This document shows positions 31,721 through 37,431 of a stretch of DNA of 37,431 nucleotides, in pieces. Under the pieces are notes generated by a model. It was not told where the DNA came from. It saw only the letters and a list, made by a program, of their open reading frames with translations, and made no database searches. A program made the translations under genes and the position numbers. Every line of letters begins with the position of its first letter. The stretch's first letter is position 1. The DNA comes from Actinomycetota bacterium (GTDB lineage Bacteria > Actinomycetota > Acidimicrobiia > IMCC26256 > PALSA-555): positions 1 through 37,431 of the forward strand of contig JBJSXO010000198.1 of the NCBI GenBank assembly GCA_046086425.1. The letters run 5' to 3'.

Positions 31721-31835
31721 GCCCGCCGCGCCCAGACCGGGTGCTGGAGCGCGCGTCGCGCTCGAAGGGGGCCCCTGACCACCCACCGGAGACCCCGGCG
31801 GTGCGGTCGCGGCCGAGACAAGGAGCCAGCACCGC

Positions 31836-34226
31836 ATGCACAGCCTCATCCTCGCGGCCGAGGGCGGGTACCAGTCGTTCGAGCTCAACTCGACGGAGTG
31901 GTACTGGCTGATCTTCTGCGCCGCCACCGCGGTGCTGGCCCTGCTCGTCGGCCTCGTCCTCATGCGTGGCGTGCTCGCGGCCGACCAGGGAACGGCGAAG
32001 ATGGTCGAGATCGCCGGCGCGATCCAAGAAGGCGCCATGGCCTACCTGAAGCGCCAGTTCAAGACGATCGCCGTCATCATGGTGCCCGTTGCGATCCTCG
32101 TGTTCGCCACCTCGGTCGAGGTCGTGAAGCCGAACAGTGTGGTGGCGCTGACCCAGGGCGAGTCGGGGCTGTACCGCACGTTGGCCTTCGTGGCCGGCGC
32201 GATCCTCTCGGCGCTCGTCGGGTTCATCGGCATGTGGCTGGCCGTGCGCGGCAACGTGCGCACCGCTGCCGCAGCCCGGAGCGGCTCGTTGAAGGATGCC
32301 CTGAAGGTGGCGTTCCGCACCGGTGGCGTCGCCGGCATGTTCACGGTGGGCCTCGGCCTGGTCGGCGCCACCGTGATCATCATGGTCTTCCAGAACACCG
32401 CCTCGGCGATCCTCGTGGGCTTCGGCTTCGGTGGCTCGCTCATCGCGTTGTTCATGCGCGTGGGCGGAGGGATCTTCACCAAGGCGGCGGACGTCGGCGC
32501 CGACCTGGTGGGCAAGGTCGAGCAGGGCATTCCCGAGGACGACCCCCGGAACCCGGCCACCATCGCCGACAACGTCGGCGACAACGTGGGCGACTGCGCA
32601 GGCATGGCCGCCGACCTCTTCGAGAGCTACGAGGTCACGCTGGTGGCGTCGATCATCCTCGGGGTGGCGGCGTTCCGATCGATCGACATGAACCCGGCGC
32701 TCGGGCTCATCTTCCCCCTGATCGCCCGGGCGATCGGCGTCCTGGCGTCGATCGTCGGGGTCTTCGCCGTGCGTGCAACCGACAAGGACAAGTCGGCCAT
32801 GGCGCCGATCAACCGGGGCTTCATCACGGCTGGGGTCCTCACCGTGCTCGGGACCCTTGCGGTAGCCCTGCTCTACGTGGGCAACGAGACCGACGCGGGC
32901 AAGACCACGAACGCCGGCTGGAAGGTGTTCGGCGCCGTGGTCATCGGCCTCGTGCTCGCGCAGGTGGTGAGCCACCTCACCGAGTACTTCACCTCCACCG
33001 AGCGGGCCCCGGTGCGAGAGATCGCCGAATCGTCGCGGACCGGCCCGGCCACCACGGTCCTGTCGGGTATCAGCTCGGGCCTCGAGTCGACGGTGTGGGC
33101 CATCGTCGCCATCGCCATCGCCATCGGCGCAGCCATTGCGCTCGGCGGTGGGAACATCCAGTTCTCCTTCTACCTGGTGGCGCTGAGCGGTCTGGGCATG
33201 CTCGCGACCACGGGCGTCGTGGTGTCGGAGGACACCTTCGGGCCGGTGGCCGACAACGCGGCCGGCATCGCCGAGATGTCGGGCGAGTTCGAGGGCGAGC
33301 CCGAGCGGATCATGGTGAGCCTCGACGCGGTCGGCAACACCACCAAGGCCGTCACCAAGGGTTTCGCGATCGGCTCGGCGGTGATCGCCGCAGTGGCTCT
33401 GTTCGCGTCCTACATCGAGACCATCGGTGGGGAGCTGGGTCTCGTCGACCGCGCCGGGGAGCTGCTCGAGGGCTCCGCGCTGTTCAACAACCGGTTCACC
33501 CAGATCAACGTGGCCGATCCGAAGACGTTCATCGGTCTGCTCGTGGGCGGTTCGATCGCCTTCCTGTTCAGCGCCCTGGCGATCCGGGCGGTCGGTCGTA
33601 CCGCGGGAACTGTGGTGCAGGAGGTCCGCCGGCAGTTCTCCGACGGTAAGATCATGAGCGGAGAGAAGCGGCCCGACTACGGCCCCGTGATCGACATCTG
33701 CACCAAGGCCTCGCTACGCGAGCTCACCACCCCGGCGCTCCTGGCGGTCCTGACCCCGCTGATCATCGGCTTCGGCCTCGGCTACCTGGCCCTCGGCGCG
33801 TTCCTGGCCGCGGTCATCCTCACGGGCCAGCTCATGGCCAACTTCCTCTCCAACGCCGGTGGCGCGTGGGACAACGCGAAGAAGTACATCGAGGACGGCC
33901 ACGAGGGGGGCAAGGGATCGGAGGCCCACAAGGCCGCGGTCATCGGCGACACCGTCGGCGACCCGTTCAAGGACACTGCCGGCCCGGCGCTGAACCCGCT
34001 CATCAAGGTGATGAACCTGGTATCGCTCCTGATCCTCCCGGCGGTGATCAGCCTCCGCAACGACGACGACGCCCGTTTTGCCATCGCCGGCGCCTCGCTG
34101 GTGGTGGTGCTCGCGGCCATCGCCTTCTCCAAGCGCAAGGGCGGCGGCTTCGGCGAGGAGTCCGACGTCATCGAGGAGATCATGGAGGAGCACGGTCTCC
34201 CGGAGGGCTCCTCCGCCGGCGAGTAG
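31836..34226 (+). CDS. hppA: Membrane-bound proton/sodium-translocating pyrophosphatase
   Basis: 796 aa and about 16 TM segments. Diagnostic motifs GGIFTKAADVGADLVGKVE, DNVGDNVGDCAGMAADLFESY and GDTVGDPFKDTAGPALN. Confidence 0.95.
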   Translation: MHSLILAAEGGYQSFELNSTEWYWLIFCAATAVLALLVGLVLMRGVLAADQGTAKMVEIAGAIQEGAMAYLKRQFKTIAVIMVPVAILVFATSVEVVKPNSVVALTQGESGLYRTLAFVAGAILSALVGFIGMWLAVRGNVRTAAAARSGSLKDALKVAFRTGGVAGMFTVGLGLVGATVIIMVFQNTASAILVGFGFGGSLIALFMRVGGGIFTKAADVGADLVGKVEQGIPEDDPRNPATIADNVGDNVGDCAGMAADLFESYEVTLVASIILGVAAFRSIDMNPALGLIFPLIARAIGVLASIVGVFAVRATDKDKSAMAPINRGFITAGVLTVLGTLAVALLYVGNETDAGKTTNAGWKVFGAVVIGLVLAQVVSHLTEYFTSTERAPVREIAESSRTGPATTVLSGISSGLESTVWAIVAIAIAIGAAIALGGGNIQFSFYLVALSGLGMLATTGVVVSEDTFGPVADNAAGIAEMSGEFEGEPERIMVSLDAVGNTTKAVTKGFAIGSAVIAAVALFASYIETIGGELGLVDRAGELLEGSALFNNRFTQINVADPKTFIGLLVGGSIAFLFSALAIRAVGRTAGTVVQEVRRQFSDGKIMSGEKRPDYGPVIDICTKASLRELTTPALLAVLTPLIIGFGLGYLALGAFLAAVILTGQLMANFLSNAGGAWDNAKKYIEDGHEGGKGSEAHKAAVIGDTVGDPFKDTAGPALNPLIKVMNLVSLLILPAVISLRNDDDARFAIAGASLVVVLAAIAFSKRKGGGFGEESDVIEEIMEEHGLPEGSSAGE

Positions 34227-34324
34227 TCACCGGGTCTGGATCGTCCCCGAGAGAGCGTCCGACCTCCGAGGGAGCGTCCGACGGAGCCGATCGCCGCGGG
34301 TGGGTCCTGCTCGTCGGGTGGGTC

Positions 34325-35029
34325 CTACTCGCCGTCGAGGAGGTCGTGCAGCTCCGCGGCCTCGGCGACCGCCTCCTCCTCCGTCGCGGCCCGGCGGTGC
34401 TTGCGCCACTCGAGGAACGGCGGGACGAACGACACGAGGATGATCACGGCGATGATGGGGTAGAGGTACTTGTCGACGTTGTCGGCGCCGATCGCCGAGC
34501 CGAGGCCGTAGCCGAGGATCGTGACGCCCACCGCCCAGACCACAGCCCCCATCACGTTGAAGATCGCGAACGTCCGCCACCGCATCTCGCCGACGCCGGC
34601 GAGCACCGGCGCGAAGGTTCGCACCACCGGGACGAACCGGGCGATCACGATCGTCTTTGGCCCGTGCTTGTCGAAGAAGTTCTTGGTGTGCTCGACGTAC
34701 TCCTGTCGGAACAGCCGAGCGTCGGGCTTGCGGAAGATCGACGGGCCGGCGCGCTTGCCGAACTGGTAGCCCACCTGGTCCCCGATCACCGCGGCGAGGA
34801 ACACGCCGACGAGCAGCAGGGCCAGGTTGAGATCGCCCTGATTCGCGATGAGGCCGGCCGTGAAGAGGAGCGAGTCCCCGGGCAGGAAGAAGCCGACGAG
34901 CAGGCCGGTCTCGGCGAAGATGACCGCCATCACGGCAAGCTCGCCGTAGGGGCTCATCGAGTCGATGATCTCCCGGGGGTCGAGGAACCCGCCTGCAGCC
35001 AGCACGACCGCCACGACGCGGTGCAGCAC
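34325..35029 (-). CDS. DedA family membrane protein
   Basis: FAETGLLVGFFLPGDSLLFTAG and IVIARFVPVVRTFAPVLAG motifs. The start is placed at GTG 35029, 7 nt downstream of a TACTAT hexamer. The upstream part of the track ORF is Arg-rich junk. Confidence 0.82.
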   Translation of the reverse strand: MLHRVVAVVLAAGGFLDPREIIDSMSPYGELAVMAVIFAETGLLVGFFLPGDSLLFTAGLIANQGDLNLALLLVGVFLAAVIGDQVGYQFGKRAGPSIFRKPDARLFRQEYVEHTKNFFDKHGPKTIVIARFVPVVRTFAPVLAGVGEMRWRTFAIFNVMGAVVWAVGVTILGYGLGSAIGADNVDKYLYPIIAVIILVSFVPPFLEWRKHRRAATEEEAVAEAAELHDLLDGE

Positions 35030-35036
35030 GGGCGAA

Positions 35037-35042
35037 ATAGTA
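35037..35042 (-). promoter_or_regulatory. Candidate -10 hexamer TACTAT, 7 nt upstream of the dedA GTG (leaderless-type start)
   Basis: The only AT-rich patch in the dedA-topA intergenic region. TAnnnT hexamer, 7-nt gap, no SD sequence. Confidence 0.35.
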
Positions 35043-35262
35043 GACCGATGGACCCCGATCCGCCGGGACGCACCGACGCCTCGGTGCCTGGCCGCCAGGG
35101 GCGGATTCGCCGTCATGCTTGACAGCGGGGCCTCCGGCGTGGCGACACTCTGGCGCCGATACCCCCCAGGGCGTCCGGGTCCGACCAGACTGTGGGGCTT
35201 CACGCCCCGACGCCCGATCCGGACGACGGACGCCGTCCCGACCCCCACCGAGAAGAGTGCCC

Positions 35263-37431
35263 GTGGCGAAGCCCCTCGTGATCGTCGAGTCACCGGCGAA
35301 GGCCAAGACCATCGAAGGCTTCCTCGGGCGCGACCGGGTGACGGTACGGGCGAGCTACGGCCACATCCGGGACCTCCCGCGCAGCGCCAAGGACGTCCCG
35401 AAGACGGTCACCAACCCGGCGGTCCGGCGGCTCGGGATCGACGTCGAGGACCACTTCCAGCCCATCTACGTGGTCCCCGACCGCTCCCGGGAGCACGTGC
35501 GCGAGCTCAAGGCGGCGCTGAAGGACGCAAGCGAGGTCTACCTCGCCACCGACGAGGATCGCGAAGGCGAGGCCATCTCCTGGCACGTTCTCGAGGTGCT
35601 CAAGCCGAAGGTGCCGGTGAAGCGGATGGTCTTCCACGAGATCACCCGCGAGGCCATCGAGGAGGCGATCGAGAACTCGCGCACCCTCGACATGAAGCTC
35701 GTGGAGGCCCAGGAGGGACGGCGGATCCTCGACCGGCTCTACGGGTACGAGATGTCGCTGGTGATGCGGCGCCGGGCCGGTGGTGCCACCTCGGCGGGGC
35801 GGGTGCAGAGCGTCGCCGCCCGCCTGGTGGTCGACCGGGAGCGGGCCCGCATGGCCTTCCGCTCGGCGGGCTATTGGGACCTCGCCGGCCGGTTCGCGTC
35901 GGCTGCGGCCGCTCCTGAGGGCGAGGAGTTCCCCGGCACGCTCGCCCTCGTCGGCGCCCAGCGGGTGGCCGGCGGTCGTGACTTCGACCCCGACACCGGG
36001 CAGCTGCTGAAGCCGGGCGAGGTGGTGCACCTCGACGAGACGGCCGCCGCCACGCTCGCGGCCGACCTCGCCGGCGTGCCGTTCACCGTGCAGTCGGTCG
36101 AGTCGCGCGACACGAAGGAGCGGCCGAAGGCGCCCTTCATCACCTCGACGCTGCAGCAGGAGGCCGGGCGCAAGCTGCGGTTCAGCTCGGCCCGCACGAT
36201 GGCGATCGCGCAGCGGCTCTACGAGAACGGCTTCATCACCTATATGCGCACCGACTCCACGAACCTCTCGTCGGAGGCGGTCACCGCGGCGCGCGCGGAG
36301 ATCCGGTCCCGGTTCGGGGAGGCGTTCCTCCCCGACGCGCCACGCTCGTACCGCGGCAAGGTCAAGAACGCGCAGGAGGCCCACGAGGCGATCCGGCCCG
36401 CAGGGGCGCAGTTCCGCTACCCGGAAGACCTCCGGCGCGAGCTGTCTTCCGACGAGTTTCGGCTGTACGACCTCATCTGGACCCGCACGATCGCCAGCCA
36501 GATGGAGGACGCCCGAATCCGCCGGGTGTCCGTGCGCTACACCGCGACCAGCGCGACGGGTACCGAGGTGACCTTCCAGTCCACCGGCCGCACCATCGAG
36601 TTCGCCGGGTACCTGCGGGCCTACGTCGAGGGCTTCGACGACCCCGACGCCGACCTCGAGGACCGGGAGGCCGTCCTCCCCCCGCTCGTGCAGGGCGACG
36701 TGCTCCGCTGCGCCGGCCTCGAGGCGCTCAGCCACACCACGAGCCCGCCGGCGCGCTACACCGAGGCCAGCCTGGTGAAGGAGCTCGAGGAGCGGGGGAT
36801 CGGTCGGCCGTCGACCTACGCGTCGGTCATCGACACCCTGATCGGGCGCGAGTACGTGTGGAAGAAGGGGACGGCACTCGTCCCGTCGTGGACCGCGTTC
36901 GCCAAGGTGCAGCTCCTCGAAGGCCACTTCGCGCACCTCATCGACTACGACTTCACCGCGACCATGGAAGAGGCGCTCGACACCGTCGCCCGGGGTGAGG
37001 GAGAGTCCGAGAAGTGGCTCCACGCCTTCTACTTCGGCAACGGGCAGGCCGGGCTGCGCGAGCTCATCGACGAAGACCACCTCGCAACCATCGACCCTGC
37101 CGTGGTGAACGCAGTGCGCATCGGGACCGACCGCGAAGGCCGCGCCATCGTCGTGCGGGTCTGGAGCAACGGCGCCACCGTCGAGTGCGGGGACGAGAAG
37201 GGTCCGGTCCCGGTCGACCTCGCGCCCGACGAGCTGACCGTCGAGCGGGCTACGGAGCTGATCGCGCAGGGGGCCGCCGGACCCCGTGTGCTCGGCGACG
37301 ACCCCGACACCGGCCTGTCGGTGCTTGCGCTCACCTACCAGGAAATCAATTCAACCGTATTCGCGGGCTCGGTTGCCGCGGCAGGCGGTCAGGTCGCCGT
37401 GGCGCTGTCGGGCGCGGGGGCCAGCGCGGTC
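35263..37431 (+). CDS. topA: DNA topoisomerase I, 3'-partial (runs off the right edge)
   Basis: Not in the ORF track because there is no stop in the window. I translated it by hand from GTG 35263.
- Toprim region: VAKPLVIVESPAKAKTIEGFLG...SYGHIRDLP, then DEDREGEAISWH.
- SAGRVQSVAARLVVDRE motif.
- Active-site region GFITYMRTDS.
The 596-aa minus-strand ORF 35290-37080 is its antisense shadow. Confidence 0.92.
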   Translation, partial: MAKPLVIVESPAKAKTIEGFLGRDRVTVRASYGHIRDLPRSAKDVPKTVTNPAVRRLGIDVEDHFQPIYVVPDRSREHVRELKAALKDASEVYLATDEDREGEAISWHVLEVLKPKVPVKRMVFHEITREAIEEAIENSRTLDMKLVEAQEGRRILDRLYGYEMSLVMRRRAGGATSAGRVQSVAARLVVDRERARMAFRSAGYWDLAGRFASAAAAPEGEEFPGTLALVGAQRVAGGRDFDPDTGQLLKPGEVVHLDETAAATLAADLAGVPFTVQSVESRDTKERPKAPFITSTLQQEAGRKLRFSSARTMAIAQRLYENGFITYMRTDSTNLSSEAVTAARAEIRSRFGEAFLPDAPRSYRGKVKNAQEAHEAIRPAGAQFRYPEDLRRELSSDEFRLYDLIWTRTIASQMEDARIRRVSVRYTATSATGTEVTFQSTGRTIEFAGYLRAYVEGFDDPDADLEDREAVLPPLVQGDVLRCAGLEALSHTTSPPARYTEASLVKELEERGIGRPSTYASVIDTLIGREYVWKKGTALVPSWTAFAKVQLLEGHFAHLIDYDFTATMEEALDTVARGEGESEKWLHAFYFGNGQAGLRELIDEDHLATIDPAVVNAVRIGTDREGRAIVVRVWSNGATVECGDEKGPVPVDLAPDELTVERATELIAQGAAGPRVLGDDPDTGLSVLALTYQEINSTVFAGSVAAAGGQVAVALSGAGASAV

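Noticed and set aside
35290-37080. 596-aa minus-strand ORF
   Set aside because: It is antisense to topA. The topA translation carries the Toprim, SAGRVQS and active-site-tyrosine motifs.
1-37431. Search for CRISPR arrays, IS elements/transposases, integrases, toxin-antitoxin pairs, reverse transcriptases or other defence-island hallmarks
   Set aside because: I saw no spaced direct-repeat arrays, no terminal inverted repeats flanking an ORF and no recombinase-like translation in any frame. Composition is uniform apart from short promoter-like AT patches.

Overview
This is a 37.4 kb, very GC-rich (roughly 70% by eye) chromosomal segment. Gene content and synteny look like Actinomycetota; an Acidimicrobiia-type or related lineage is inference only. 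I could run no database search, so all calls rest on motifs read in the translations and on structures folded by hand.

The window is mostly housekeeping and I see no mobile element, CRISPR array or obvious defence island. About 40 CDS are supportable:
- Redox and central metabolism: nitroreductase, an OYE/2,4-dienoyl-CoA-reductase-like flavoenzyme, DUF2237, GlnE and NadE.
- Transcription and signalling: a short group-1/2 sigma-70 factor and a metallophosphoesterase.
- Membrane modules: an EamA transporter, a K+ channel / unknown / RDD trio, a DUF2510 protein coupled to a rhomboid protease, and an LCP protein.
- A minus-strand operon: solute-binding protein, SCP-x-type thiolase, DUF35 and LLM oxidoreductase.
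- A complete actinobacterial Tad/Flp pilus locus: tadZ-like, tadA, tadB, tadC, flp/DUF4244, tadE and a TadE-like gene.
- K+ homeostasis and nearby genes: an OB-fold protein, a TrkA pair, an APC permease, the H+-pyrophosphatase HppA, DedA and the 5' 2.2 kb of topA.

The most interesting signal is evidence for selenocysteine decoding.
- A textbook-shaped tRNA-Sec (anticodon UCA, 6-bp D-stem, long variable arm) sits at 18673-18765, hidden under a spurious 460-aa ORF.
- At the left edge, an ORF that callers stop at TGA 56-58 continues in frame as U-G-S-C.
- A 7-bp hairpin lies exactly 11 nt downstream of that TGA, which fits a UGSC-family selenoprotein with a SECIS element.

Secondary observations:
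- Several genes have a TAnnnT hexamer 6-7 nt upstream of the start codon (leaderless-style starts).
- GTGA/ATGA start-stop overlaps are pervasive.
- A 24-aa SD-preceded membrane micro-ORF lies upstream of the Tad locus.
- A stand-alone peptidase-S74 chaperone-domain gene is translationally coupled to the flavoenzyme.
- Local sequence at the extreme 3' end of the topA fragment is odd.

Many long ORFs in the supplied track are antisense shadow ORFs typical of high-GC DNA and were rejected.
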